A stretch of 55,277 nucleotides of DNA, taken from positions 1 through 55,277 of the IMG/VR virus record IMGVR_UViG_3300024999_000132; one strand, given 5' to 3'. The translations under genes and the position numbers were made by a program. The notes beneath the pieces were generated by a model. It was given only the letters and a program-made list of their open reading frames with translations, was not told the DNA's origin and did no database searches. This DNA is from a virus (taxonomy: Duplodnaviria > Caudoviricetes). Below are positions 38,553 through 49,786 of this stretch, piece by piece. The stretch's first letter is position 1, and the number at the start of each line of letters is the position of its first letter.

Positions 38553-39710
38553 GTGAGACCTATACCTAGAGTTGGAAAAACAATAAAAGACCCAATAATA
38601 AAATCAAAAGATGAAGAAAGTAAAATAAAGTGTCCAATGTGTACAGATGAACCAAAAGCAAGATCAAATTTTTATAAAAGTTTATCTCCTTTGTATTTAG
38701 GGATAAACATTGATTATCCCAATGAATCGAGAATGGTATTTTGTAAGGAGTGCATATGTAATACTTATGACACCTATTATGGTATTTTAAAAGACATTAA
38801 AAAATCAATTCTTATAACTTGTATGAAATTTGATATTCCATTTAATGAAGGTGATTTTGATGGGGCAATGAAACAATGCACGAATAAACCAACAGCACAT
38901 CCATTAAAAATTTATATGACAAAATTAAATTCATTAGGTAATTTTAATAATACTTTAGCTGGTTTTGATCCTAAATTTTTATTTGATAAAGAAACTGGGA
39001 AAGACCTTATAACTAACGCTTTAGAATTAGAGGTAAAAGATTTAGATTATAATATTCAACTTACTGAAAAAGATTTACAAGTTAAAGATGATGTAATTAG
39101 GCTTATTGGATATGATCCATTTGCTGGATATTCTAATTTCGATCAGAAGTTTTTATACAATGAGTTAATTACTTATCTAGATGAGGATTTATTAGATGAT
39201 GCATTTAAGTTATCACAAATATTACAATTGGTTAATAACAATAATCAAATAAGAAAAATAGATTTAGTTATTGCTACTTTAAGCAATGATACCAAAACAT
39301 TAATTTCAAATCAAGGAGAAATAAAATCTCTGTCTTCCACAAAAAGTCAAATAGTTGGAAGTACAGATAAAATTGCTAAAGAAAACTCTATTTCTGTGAA
39401 AAATCGAGGAGATAAAAAAGCAGGAAAATCAACTTTGACTTATATGATGAAGAATTATAGAGAAATTGGTTTTGAAGATGCAGAAGTTGATTATTATGAT
39501 CAATTAAAAGGCATAGGAATGAAACATGCTGCTGACATTTCAAATAGTAGTATATTAGAACAACTTAGATTTGATGAAAATGATTTAGATAATATGATTA
39601 AAGAACAAAGAACGCTAATTCAAAGTTTACAAAGTGAACTTGATGAGTCATTGGAAGAAAATAGAAAATTAAGAATTAAAATAAAATCAGAAACTATTAC
39701 TGATAATTAA
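38553..39710 (+). CDS. putative terminase small subunit
   Basis: CPMC..FY..CKEC N-terminus, coiled-coil end, directly upstream of TerL. Confidence 0.55.
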   Translation: MRPIPRVGKTIKDPIIKSKDEESKIKCPMCTDEPKARSNFYKSLSPLYLGINIDYPNESRMVFCKECICNTYDTYYGILKDIKKSILITCMKFDIPFNEGDFDGAMKQCTNKPTAHPLKIYMTKLNSLGNFNNTLAGFDPKFLFDKETGKDLITNALELEVKDLDYNIQLTEKDLQVKDDVIRLIGYDPFAGYSNFDQKFLYNELITYLDEDLLDDAFKLSQILQLVNNNNQIRKIDLVIATLSNDTKTLISNQGEIKSLSSTKSQIVGSTDKIAKENSISVKNRGDKKAGKSTLTYMMKNYREIGFEDAEVDYYDQLKGIGMKHAADISNSSILEQLRFDENDLDNMIKEQRTLIQSLQSELDESLEENRKLRIKIKSETITDN

Positions 39711-39727
39711 GGTGGTGAATATTTAAA

Positions 39728-41552
39728 ATGACAAATCTCAATCGTGATAAAAAATTACTAACAACAAGAAAAATAGAAATGTATAATGCAAACTCTAAGA
39801 TTATAAAGTTTTGGAGACGTAATCCAATTATTGCGGCTGAAGATTTGTTCGGTTAGTATAAGATTATTGGATTTTCAAAAATGGGTTCTTCAAATGAGTT
39901 GGAATACTCCGTATGTGTTGTGGTGTGAAAGTCGAAACGCAGGTAAAAGTTTTGAAGCAGCAGTATTAATGGGGTTAAAATCAATATTATATGAAGATCA
40001 AGATATTTACATAGTAAGCAATGTCGGAAGTCAAGCACAAGAATGTTTCACAAAAATTGAAGATATAGCTTTAGATAGAATTAATTCAATTAAATCGTTA
40101 AAAGATATATTTAGAAATGAAATAGTGCAAAGCCCTTCATGCAAGACTGGATTTTCACATAATCCTGTATCATTTCATGTTTCAACATATAATAATAGTG
40201 AAATATTTACACTTAATGGTAATCCGGATAATAACAGATCGAAAAGGGCAACGTGCGTATTTTTTGATGAGGCGGGGTATTCTGGTGAAGAACTGTTAGA
40301 AGCAATGGCAGCATTTGCAACACAAGATAGTGATTTTGCAACTTCTGTACAAAAAGACTTTGATGTTAAAGCGTCAAGAAGAAACGTACCTACACAATTA
40401 ATTTATGCATCTTCAGCATCTTCAGTTGATACTACATTCTTTAGAAAATATAAGGACTTTGCAATGAAAATGATGATGGGAAATAGAGATTATTTTTGTT
40501 GCGATATTCCTTGTAATATTCCTATTAATCCAATGATGGACGGGATAGAGCATCCTCCACTTTTACAAAAATCTAAAGTAGAAACAGCAATGACATCTAA
40601 TAGGGATAAAGCATTAAGAGAATACTATAATAAATTCGATTCGGATGGTGGAGAAACACAAATATATAAACGTGCTATGATAACAAGAAATAGCATATTC
40701 TCTTTACCTAAATTTTCTAATGAAACTGGAAAAGAAAAATTCGCAATTGCTTTTGACCCTGCAAGAGCAGGAGATGGTTCGATTGTTTCCGTAATGCAAA
40801 TTCTAAAAGATGATAACATTGGTTATTATGGAAAGATTGTAAATTGTACAAATATGATTGATTTAGCCAGTAAAAGAAAAATAAAAATGAAAACTCCAGA
40901 TCAGATCAAGTTTTTAAAACAAACAATATTAGATTACAATGGAAATAATCCTGACTATGAAAATATAGAAGCATTTTTGATCGACGCAGGAGCAGGTGGA
41001 GCTGGTGTTTCAGCATATGCTGATAATTTATTAGATGATTGGTTTGATGATAAAGGTATTAAGCATAAAGGATTTATTGATAAGGTTTCTGATATTTACG
41101 AAACGGAAAAATATAATTATCCTAATGCATGGGAAAAATTAGCATTAATATCTCCAAATAAATATAGAAATAAAATGTGTGAAGAATTATTAGAACTATT
41201 ACAATTAGATTTAATAAAATTTCCATATGAATATTCTGGTAAAGGATTTGTAACATTGGCATCTGATGATGGAAGTGAAAGAAATTTAAAAAACTATAAT
41301 CTTTCATTTGAAGAGGAATTAGCATTAATTAATATTGATATAATGAAAACTGAAACTATTAATATCCATAGAGTTGCTAATGCTGAAAAAACAAGTGTAA
41401 GATATATATTACCAAAAGATAAGGAAAGAATTATGTATGATGATAAATTTTATACATTGTTGCTTTTAGCTCATTATTTATATGAGAAAAGAAGAGGAGA
41501 TATAATCAACACGGATGATTCAGATCATGATTTCGTATTCTCTTATTCATAA
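39728..41552 (+). CDS. terL: terminase large subunit, frame interrupted by 4 extra nt at ~39854-39857
   Basis: SRNAGKS Walker A, FFDEAG Walker B, AFDPA and YDD nuclease motifs; N-terminal 42 codons (ATG 39728, FWRRNP..EDLFG) lie in another frame. Confidence 0.88.
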
Positions 41553-41592
41553 CACAAAAACAAATCCCTAAAGAAAGGAGGTATAACTTCTC

Positions 41593-43230
41593 TTGACAAA
41601 AAAAATAATTTCTCAAACAGAAACAAACACTCAAACTATCCCCTCTGATCCATTCCCTCAATTCTCAACATCGAATGAAATTGAATTAAATTCTTTATCC
41701 TATAATTCATATTCATTTTCAACAGGAAGATTAGATACTGATAATATCCCAATGAGCGATTTAAAACAATATGTCAAATATCCGATGATATATAATGAAA
41801 TATTGAGAACTATATCTGAGCAAGCTTATAATTCTGATGGACTGTACTCAAATATTTTGGAATATATGGTTGCTATACCTACTTTAGCAAATATTACAAC
41901 TATGAGAAACAACACTCCTGAATTGAAAGAGAAAAAGAAAAAGTTTAATCTTATATTAAAATTACTAAATCACGATAGGTCAACTAGAGACATATTAAGA
42001 AATTTATATATTTATGGCACATACATAGGTACGCTTAGAGAAACTTTTGCAAGTAATAAAAATATAGATACTGGTTCGATTACAGTAGAATCAATTGATA
42101 GAATTGAAGGACTATCATTAGATGATAATTTTATGATCCAACCTTTAGACTTAGATTATTGTAAAATAATTGGATTTCAAAATAATATATCCATTGCTGC
42201 TTTTGATATGATGTATTTTGATCAATTTAAATTTGGTGGACTAGTAAATGAAATAAAAAATTTCCCTAAAGAGTTTATGAAAGCATATATGTCGTATAAG
42301 AAAGATGCAAGTAAAAGATGGTTTATATTAGATTATAGAAAAACCATTGCATTAAAATCTAAATCAAAAGAGGATGAACCATATGGTAGACCTCTTGGAT
42401 TATCAGCTTTTAAAAATATGAAATCAAGTAGTGACTATGATGATAGTCAATATCAATTAGTTAGTGAATTAGCTAGTAGTATCTATTATTTGATCTTGCC
42501 TTCTGGGGAAAAGCAAGGATCTTGCTCATTAAATTCAACTCAGCAAAAAGAAGTTATTGAGGCTTTTAAAAACGCAGTAAAAGTTAATACAAGTGGAGAA
42601 AACGCCAAAATCTCAACCCTCAGTTTAGCACCTGGGACAGAAATAAGTAGGTTAAGTAAAGATTCATCTCTAGTAAAAGATACTTTAAGTGATGAAAACA
42701 TGAAGAAAATCAGTACAAGTTTAGGTTTTGCTAGTAGTGCTTTAAATGCTGAATCTAGTGGTGGAAGTTCATACGCAAATTTGGCTGTAAATTTAGATTT
42801 AGTATCATCCCAAGTATTTCAGTCTGTAAATGAGATAGCAAGAGAATATACAAGAGTAATTAATGAATTATTAGGCATAAAACCAAAGGATTATATTGAT
42901 ATCAATTATTTACCTATTTCTTGGTTAAATAAGGATGATATGTTTGAGAAAGTGTCTCAATTATATACATTAATAGGGGGTAGCAGAAGATATCTAGTGG
43001 CTTGTGCAGGAATCGATGTTAATAGTTACTTTAGTTGTCTAGATGAAGAAATTGAAGAAGGGTATGAAGAGAAGTACCCTGTTCATTTATCTGCATTCAA
43101 TTCAAATAGTGGAGATATAAAAGACAATGACGGTGGAAGACCATCAATGAAAACTAAGGATTTATCGCAAAATGGAATGGTCACTCGCAATAATAATAGC
43201 AATAATCAAGTAAAACCATCCACTAAATAA
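41593..43230 (+). CDS. portal protein
   Basis: 545 aa directly after TerL; YGRP, ISTSLG..SYAN portal-like pattern. Confidence 0.75.
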   Translation: MTKKIISQTETNTQTIPSDPFPQFSTSNEIELNSLSYNSYSFSTGRLDTDNIPMSDLKQYVKYPMIYNEILRTISEQAYNSDGLYSNILEYMVAIPTLANITTMRNNTPELKEKKKKFNLILKLLNHDRSTRDILRNLYIYGTYIGTLRETFASNKNIDTGSITVESIDRIEGLSLDDNFMIQPLDLDYCKIIGFQNNISIAAFDMMYFDQFKFGGLVNEIKNFPKEFMKAYMSYKKDASKRWFILDYRKTIALKSKSKEDEPYGRPLGLSAFKNMKSSSDYDDSQYQLVSELASSIYYLILPSGEKQGSCSLNSTQQKEVIEAFKNAVKVNTSGENAKISTLSLAPGTEISRLSKDSSLVKDTLSDENMKKISTSLGFASSALNAESSGGSSYANLAVNLDLVSSQVFQSVNEIAREYTRVINELLGIKPKDYIDINYLPISWLNKDDMFEKVSQLYTLIGGSRRYLVACAGIDVNSYFSCLDEEIEEGYEEKYPVHLSAFNSNSGDIKDNDGGRPSMKTKDLSQNGMVTRNNNSNNQVKPSTK

Positions 43231-43350
43231 TTGATAATTTTAATAAAAGATAGGTGAGGAGTAATTACCCTTACTGAGAAGATGAGTTCCTTTCACTCAT
43301 CTTCTTTTATTTGTTTAAATTTAAGAAAGGAAGATTCTCATTAGAAAGGA

Positions 43351-44277
43351 ATGATAAAAATGGATAAAAACTTTATAGAAATTACTAATTTTTGCAGTAG
43401 TAGAATAATTGATATAAGCATAAGAGAATGTGGAATTTATGCATTATATAATATTGAAAATGGAAAGATTTATGTTGGAAGTAGTATAGACATGTACTCT
43501 AGAACAAGAAGGCATCTTTCCGATTTAAAAAATGGAAAACATTATAATAGATATTTAATTAGAGCATATAAAAAATATGGGAAGTCAATAATCCCCGTTG
43601 TTTTAGAAATTGTAAAGAATAGAGAAAATCTAATTGAACGTGAACAATATTGGATTGATCATTTTGAAAGCTATAATAATAAAGTTGGATACAATATCTG
43701 TATTATTGCGGATAGATTAACCGGCATTTTTAGAACAGACGAGGAAAAGAAACATTTAAGTATTATTAATACTGGCAGAAAACACACTGAAGAAACAAAG
43801 TTAAAAATGAGTAAATCTAGAATAGGAATTCAATATTCAGAAGAAACATTAAAAAGGATGAGCGAGTCTCATATTGGCAAAAATTTATCTGAAGAAGCAA
43901 AAGAAAAGTTAAGAAATAATATCAATATAATTCCAATATATCAATATTCGTTAGATGGTATGTTTATACAAGAATGGAAGAGTGCTGCTGAGGTGGTTAG
44001 AGTAAAAGGATTTGACTCGTCTGCTATAACAAAATGTTGCAGAGGAAAATTACATAAACATAAGGGATATATTTGGAAATATGAATATTTTGAAAAACTA
44101 GAAATAAAGTATAAAAAAATTATACAGAAAACCCTAGACAATGAAATAATAAAAATATGGGATTCTATGAGTGATGTTTGTAAAACTTTAGCATATAGTT
44201 CTAGTGCTATATGCCAATGTTGTCTGGGTCATTGGGAAAAATATAAAAATTATAAATGGGAATATATGTTTTGTTAA
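43351..44277 (+). CDS. GIY-YIG homing endonuclease with NUMOD3/NUMOD1 repeats
   Basis: GIY..IYVGSS..R..H, EREQYWID, GYN, HTEETKLKMS. Confidence 0.92.
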   Translation: MIKMDKNFIEITNFCSSRIIDISIRECGIYALYNIENGKIYVGSSIDMYSRTRRHLSDLKNGKHYNRYLIRAYKKYGKSIIPVVLEIVKNRENLIEREQYWIDHFESYNNKVGYNICIIADRLTGIFRTDEEKKHLSIINTGRKHTEETKLKMSKSRIGIQYSEETLKRMSESHIGKNLSEEAKEKLRNNINIIPIYQYSLDGMFIQEWKSAAEVVRVKGFDSSAITKCCRGKLHKHKGYIWKYEYFEKLEIKYKKIIQKTLDNEIIKIWDSMSDVCKTLAYSSSAICQCCLGHWEKYKNYKWEYMFC

Positions 44278-44324
44278 ACAATTGTTTTATTTAATAATAA
44301 ACCTAAATAAAAAGTTGAAAGGAG

Positions 44325-45986
44325 GTGATATATTTTGTGAATAAGCCAATTATAAACTCTGATAATACATACATAGAAATTTGTGAAATGTCCGAAGAAG
44401 ATGTTGCTGGAAGAGTAAAAATAAAAATGTCTAGTCATTTTATCCATCCAGAAGTAGGTCAATGGAATAAAAATGGGATTACATGGTTAGAACAATATAC
44501 TCAAGACAATATTAAATCTGCTATAGGAATGAATTATGTAGTATCTTGGGCAGATGAAGAAAATCAAATTCCTTCAGGACATGGAGAAATGAGTTTTGAT
44601 GAAGATGGAAATGTCAAATTTGAAGGAGTAGTTGTTGGAAGCGTATTAGATGCTTACATTTGTGATGTAGAAATTGATGGTCAAATAAAAAAGGTAATGA
44701 TGACCGAAGGGTATATTAATTCACAGCGATATAGTCTTTTTGTAAAATGGCTAAAGGAAGAAATTGAAAATGGGAAAGTTTATGGTTCAATTGAGATAAA
44801 TGGCAAAGGAAAAGCTAAAAATATTGTGTATCTTGATGGAAATAAGAATATTGATGGAACTTTAAAAATGGGCCGTTGTCCCACAGTTTTTGATTTTTCT
44901 GGATTAGCAATTTTATCTAATCTAGAAAATCAAGCAGATGATGATTCAATTGTTTTTGAGGTTAATTCTAAACAGGATGACCTTGATATAAATAATAATC
45001 TAACATTAGAAACAGGAAAGGAGGACAATATATTGGGAGAAAATAATAATATGAAATTAATTTCTAAAGGAAAAACAATAGAAATTAATAATTTGACTTC
45101 ATGGGAAATAGAAAAATTATTAGAAAAAGCTTTTAGGATTGCAATAGGAGATATTTTTGATTCAGAAGAACATGGTTATTATGTAGATAAATTATATCCT
45201 ATTAATGCAGAGTTTATTATTAGAAAATGGAGTCGTAATGAGGTTTCTACTTTCTATAAATCTTCTTATTCAGTGGATGATAATAATAATGTAACTTTAG
45301 GAGATATATATGAAGTTGAAGAAGCATGGACTCCAGTTAATAATGAAAAACCTATAGAAATGAATAATCAAGCGAAGGAGGAAAATAAAAAAATGGATGA
45401 AAAAATCGTATTAGAACTTAATCAAAAAATCGAAGACAAAATTAATGAAATTAATACTCTTACAAATTCCCTAGAACAAAAAGGAGTAGAAATTAATTCA
45501 TTAACTAAATCTTTAGAGGAAAAACAAGCTGAAATCAATAGTTTAACTGAAAAAGCAACAGAACTTGATAGTAAGGTAATTGAACTAAACACCAGTATTG
45601 TAGAGGTTAATAAATTACTTGAATCTGAAAAAGCAGAAAAAGAATCTCTTACAGTAGAAGTAAATTCTTTTAGAGAAGAAAAAATTAAAGCGGATTCAGA
45701 AGCAAAAATTACGGAAGTCAATGCTTATTTTGAAACAGAAATTACTAAGAATGGTTTTGAAGAAAGCGAAGTAAATTCTCTTAAATCTTTTGTTGAAGCT
45801 ATTGATTTGGAAGGACTAAAAAAAGCAGAAGCAGAATTATGTGCAAAGAAATTCAAAGAAATGATTGCTCAAAAAGATGTAGATTCTGATGTTGAAACAA
45901 ATACTGCAAATAATGTAATGTTTATTTCTATTAAAGAAAAAGAAATGAAGAAAGTCCCTGGTAGTATCCCATCTTTCTTTAACTAA
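44325..45986 (+). CDS. prohead protease/scaffold-like protein
   Basis: between portal and capsid; N-terminal GHG..GSIE domain, long C-terminal coiled coil. Confidence 0.7.
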   Translation: MIYFVNKPIINSDNTYIEICEMSEEDVAGRVKIKMSSHFIHPEVGQWNKNGITWLEQYTQDNIKSAIGMNYVVSWADEENQIPSGHGEMSFDEDGNVKFEGVVVGSVLDAYICDVEIDGQIKKVMMTEGYINSQRYSLFVKWLKEEIENGKVYGSIEINGKGKAKNIVYLDGNKNIDGTLKMGRCPTVFDFSGLAILSNLENQADDDSIVFEVNSKQDDLDINNNLTLETGKEDNILGENNNMKLISKGKTIEINNLTSWEIEKLLEKAFRIAIGDIFDSEEHGYYVDKLYPINAEFIIRKWSRNEVSTFYKSSYSVDDNNNVTLGDIYEVEEAWTPVNNEKPIEMNNQAKEENKKMDEKIVLELNQKIEDKINEINTLTNSLEQKGVEINSLTKSLEEKQAEINSLTEKATELDSKVIELNTSIVEVNKLLESEKAEKESLTVEVNSFREEKIKADSEAKITEVNAYFETEITKNGFEESEVNSLKSFVEAIDLEGLKKAEAELCAKKFKEMIAQKDVDSDVETNTANNVMFISIKEKEMKKVPGSIPSFFN

Positions 45987-46092
45987 GTTTTAGAAAGTAA
46001 AGATAAATATATAATTAATGTTAGTAATAAGTAATGGTTAAATAGTAATGGTTAATTAATAACAAAAATAAAAAGAAATGAGGTAATTAATA

Positions 46093-46614
46093 ATGAGTTT
46101 ATTTAAGTTTCATGATTCAAATTTTCTTAATGTATCCAATAAACCTAATGTAAAGGCAATTGCAGATACATATAATGGTTATCAGTTCAATATTACATCT
46201 GATGTTCAGGTATTAGTTCCAGATTTAGCTACAGCAAAATTGGGTGATATTTATGTTATGTGTAATATTATTGATAAGCCTGAAATCATCAATACAGATT
46301 CTTATAAAGTTGTTGCTGATGAGTATATTCGTGCATTCAGACTTAAAGACATGGTAGGACTTCAACTTGATATGTCTGCTGATTTGCTTACTGATGCTTT
46401 TGCAGATGTTGCTGTTGGTAACTTTGTCATTGGACGTTCTGTAGCAGATGCTACAAATGTAATGAAATGGACTAAAACTGCTGATGTTTCTGCATATGAA
46501 ATTTATCTTAAAGTAATCAAGAAAACTACTTTTGGTGCGTTTACTATTGATGCAGGTGGTGGAACTGTTGCTGGTGGTTATGTTGTAGAAGTAATGGCAA
46601 ACGATAATCTGTAA
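46093..46614 (+). CDS. virion structural protein (capsid decoration-like)
   Basis: 173 aa before MCP, codon usage typical of highly expressed genes. Confidence 0.6.
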   Translation: MSLFKFHDSNFLNVSNKPNVKAIADTYNGYQFNITSDVQVLVPDLATAKLGDIYVMCNIIDKPEIINTDSYKVVADEYIRAFRLKDMVGLQLDMSADLLTDAFADVAVGNFVIGRSVADATNVMKWTKTADVSAYEIYLKVIKKTTFGAFTIDAGGGTVAGGYVVEVMANDNL

Positions 46615-46730
46615 GTTATGAGATTGTAGGTTATTGTATGTGTTGTTTGTAAGTAATATATAATATTTTTGGATTAATGTCAAATAGTAAGTTAATAAAT
46701 AAATAATAAGAAAGAAAAGAGGTATTAATA

Positions 46731-48230
46731 ATGAGTTTTGGAATAGATTTTACAAAATTACAAGAGAATGCAGAACAAGTTGAGATTAATAAAATTGTAA
46801 AGAATAAGTTGTCAACTATTAATCCTGCTCGTCCGAATGAAGATGTGGAGATTTTTACTAATATTGTTTATGGTAAAGATGTATCTAAATATGGTAAAAA
46901 AGTTGATACAGTAATGGATAAGATTAAATTATTGGCTACTGCTGCCAATGATGGTGATTATAGAGCTAAAGCTGAATTGAATGCTATTCGGACAGTTACT
47001 ATTCAACAACCTTTGGAAAAGAGATTGGCAATTAATAATGCTATGGGCCAAGTTACAAAAGTTGGTTATAACGAGGAAATGAGATATGAAGTATACCAAT
47101 TACAGGGAGATAAGTCAAGAGTTCAAGCTTCGTCTGGTTCTTTTGTATTTCCTACTGTAAAGAAAAGAACTGGTATTATGGAAACTAAAACTTCTACAGG
47201 TGGAGTTATTTTTGACGCAAGAGAATTATTGTCGGGGGCGACAGATGGTTTTGCACGAGCCAACGAACAAGTAATGACTGATATGACTAACCAAATGGTT
47301 CTTTCTCACATTAATGCTTTGAGAAGTGCCATTACTGCCGCTACTACATTAAAGAACTATGCTGAAGGGATTACGAAGACAAATGTCGAAAATACGAGAA
47401 AATTAGCAAGACGTTTCGGCTCATCTGTAACAATTATGGGAGATTACAGTGCAGTAAATAAACTTGGTGATCTTGCTAATTTCAGTGTTGTTGCGGCAGG
47501 AACGGAATTTAGATTCCCTGAGTCCGTGATGGAAGAAGTAATGAAAACTGGTCTTATTAAAGTTTATAAAGGGAGTATTGTAGTAGAATTGCCAAATTCT
47601 TACAATATGATTGATCTTAATACTGCTGGTGATTTTTATGCTCCACAACTTCCTACAACTGATTTGTGGTTTTTACCACAAGGAGCATCCAATGCCTTGC
47701 AAATTGGCCTTCGCGGAGGTATGACCACAATGACAACGACTGATATTAATTTAAGGGTAACTTTAGCCCCGTATGTACAGAAATGTGCATAGGACATTTC
47801 CTTAATTGCAGGTAATTCCTAAAGCTCTCATGCCACAACATAAGGATGAAATACGCCTAAGTGTGACGGAACGAAAGTAGAAAAAAGTTGAGAGATGGTA
47901 TAAGGTTAAATCCTAAGTGCTGTTACAATGGATGTTCATTGCAGGTAAGACTCGAATAGAGTAAACTTCAACGACTATGGCTGAAATGCCAGTACACTCA
48001 AGCGAGTGGAAAATGGAAGCCCTTAACAGGTAATGCTGAAGGTGAAGAAATAGTCTATTCTCATATGAAAATATGAGCAGTTATAAACGGTATAGAAGTT
48101 GCGATTCTATATGAATATAAATTTATAAAAAGCCGAAGTTACAAGATATGACTGGGAATTCGGAAATTACGTGGCTGTGGAGAATTTACCAGCAATCGGG
48201 ATGATATATGATGCTGCATTAGCCGAGTAA
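46731..48230 (+). CDS. major capsid protein in two exons (46731-47757 + 48133-48230, 374 aa spliced)
   Basis: position and size; exon 2 encodes AEVTRYDWEFGNYVAVENLPAIGMIYDAALAE*, a plausible capsid C-terminus. Confidence 0.8.
47758..48132 (+). ncRNA. group I intron without ORF, 375 nt
   Basis: P-like AATTGCAGGTAATTCCTAAAG; R CTTCAACGACTAT and S AAGAAATAGTCT give P7 (47973-78 with 48050-55); P1 GGGT..GCCC; P10 AACTT/AAGTT. Confidence 0.88.
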
Positions 48231-48373
48231 TATATATTTTAAGTAAATTTTATAAGAGATAGGTATTAATTAAGATTGCAAGCTTAATTGATTACTGATA
48301 AGAGTGGTTTTCCTAGACCACTCTTCTTTTATTTTATAAAAAATTAGGGAGTGATTCTAAGGAGGAATTAAAA

Positions 48374-49726
48374 TTGGCAACAAAACTTACATATCAAATC
48401 ATTAAAAACTATATAAATAGCGAAGAAACAGGAAATGGTTGTAGTCTAAAAACTACAGAAGAAGAATTTAATCAAGCGAAGATAGATCAAAACAAAAATA
48501 GTTCACATGTAGTAATATTTATGAAATGTAAATGTGGAAATAATATTGAGAAATCTTATGATAATTTTAAATACTCTAAGAAGCAATGTAATAAATGCTC
48601 TGGATTAGAAAGAAGGACTAATGAAGAAGTTAAATATTTCATAGAAATAGAATCTCAATCAAATTGCAAGTTATTATCAGAATATACTATTGCAACTGAT
48701 TTATTAGATTTAGAATGTGGTTGTGGAAGGCCATTTAAGAAAAGTTGGAATAAGTTTTATAGTTGTAATCAAAGAACATGTAATGAGTGTAGCAATAAAT
48801 TATCAGGAGAAAAACATAAAATCCCTTATAAAGATATAAAGCATTATATAGAGATCGAAAGTAATAGTGGTTGTGAGTTAATAACAACTGAAGATGAATA
48901 TATAAACACACATTTAAATATTAATATCAAATGTAAATGTGGAAATCCTTTTACCACAGCATTTCATCAGTTTAAAGGCGAATTATATAAAAAACAACAT
49001 TGTGATGAATGTGGAAACAAGGCAATAGGGTTAAAATTAAGTAAGCCATACATAGAAGTTAAAAATACTATAGATAACACTGGTTGTGAATTATTAACTA
49101 CTATTGAAAACTATGAAAATTCTACTTCTCTCTTGGAAATAAAATGCAATTGTGGAAAACCATTTAAGACAACTTACAGCATATTTAATAGAGGAGAAAA
49201 AGGGAAAAATAAATGTGATGACTGTGCAAAAGAAATAAGTAATACAAAAAGGATGAATACTCTTTATAAAAATGGTACTGCTCCTTGTAGTAGTCAACAA
49301 AGATATGTTCATAGTATTCTTGGAGGAGATTTGAATTATCCAGTAAAAACAGCTTCTCTAGATATAGCTTTCCTAGATGAAAAAATATATTTAGAGTGTG
49401 ATTTTAGTGGTCATTGGATGGCGGTAACATTAAAGAATATGACACAGGAGCAATTTGATCGAAGAGAATTAAGAAGATGGTATGCTCTTAATAAATCTAA
49501 TTGGAAAGAAATCCGTATAATCTCAACCAAAGACCTAATCCCATCAGACCAAAAACTTCTAGAAATCCTATCTTATGCACGTACATACCTAAATCAAAAT
49601 CATCATTATATTAAATTCGACATTGACAATTCAAAAATAATTAATTCTCAAGGTGAATTTGATTATGATTATGGTGAATTAAGAAAAATCAAACCAACAG
49701 ACATCCAAATTCAAGAAGCAATCTAA
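48374..49726 (+). CDS. free-standing putative endonuclease (CxCG..CxxC repeats + Vsr-like nuclease)
   Basis: four CxCG/CxxC repeats; C-terminus paralogous to the 37389..38516 product. Confidence 0.75.
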   Translation: MATKLTYQIIKNYINSEETGNGCSLKTTEEEFNQAKIDQNKNSSHVVIFMKCKCGNNIEKSYDNFKYSKKQCNKCSGLERRTNEEVKYFIEIESQSNCKLLSEYTIATDLLDLECGCGRPFKKSWNKFYSCNQRTCNECSNKLSGEKHKIPYKDIKHYIEIESNSGCELITTEDEYINTHLNINIKCKCGNPFTTAFHQFKGELYKKQHCDECGNKAIGLKLSKPYIEVKNTIDNTGCELLTTIENYENSTSLLEIKCNCGKPFKTTYSIFNRGEKGKNKCDDCAKEISNTKRMNTLYKNGTAPCSSQQRYVHSILGGDLNYPVKTASLDIAFLDEKIYLECDFSGHWMAVTLKNMTQEQFDRRELRRWYALNKSNWKEIRIISTKDLIPSDQKLLEILSYARTYLNQNHHYIKFDIDNSKIINSQGEFDYDYGELRKIKPTDIQIQEAI

Positions 49727-49786
49727 AAACTAAATAATCTAAACAAAAATAATAAAGGGTTAAAATAATGGAGGGAGTAAACTAAA

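Noticed and set aside
16895-39856. Stop-codon reassignment
   Set aside because: All three stops end normal genes, long ORFs are intact in the standard code, no suppressor tRNA, and the TerL break is a frameshift
39831-39857. TTG 39831 as the TerL start
   Set aside because: No RBS; a TerL-like N-terminus with RBS lies in the upstream frame from 39728
47758-47792. Capsid C-terminus VTLAPYVQKCA
   Set aside because: Read-through into the intron; the real C-terminus is exon 2
48290-48330. Hammerhead ribozyme (CTGATAAG)
   Set aside because: Core deviates from CUGANGA and no GAAA follows the stem
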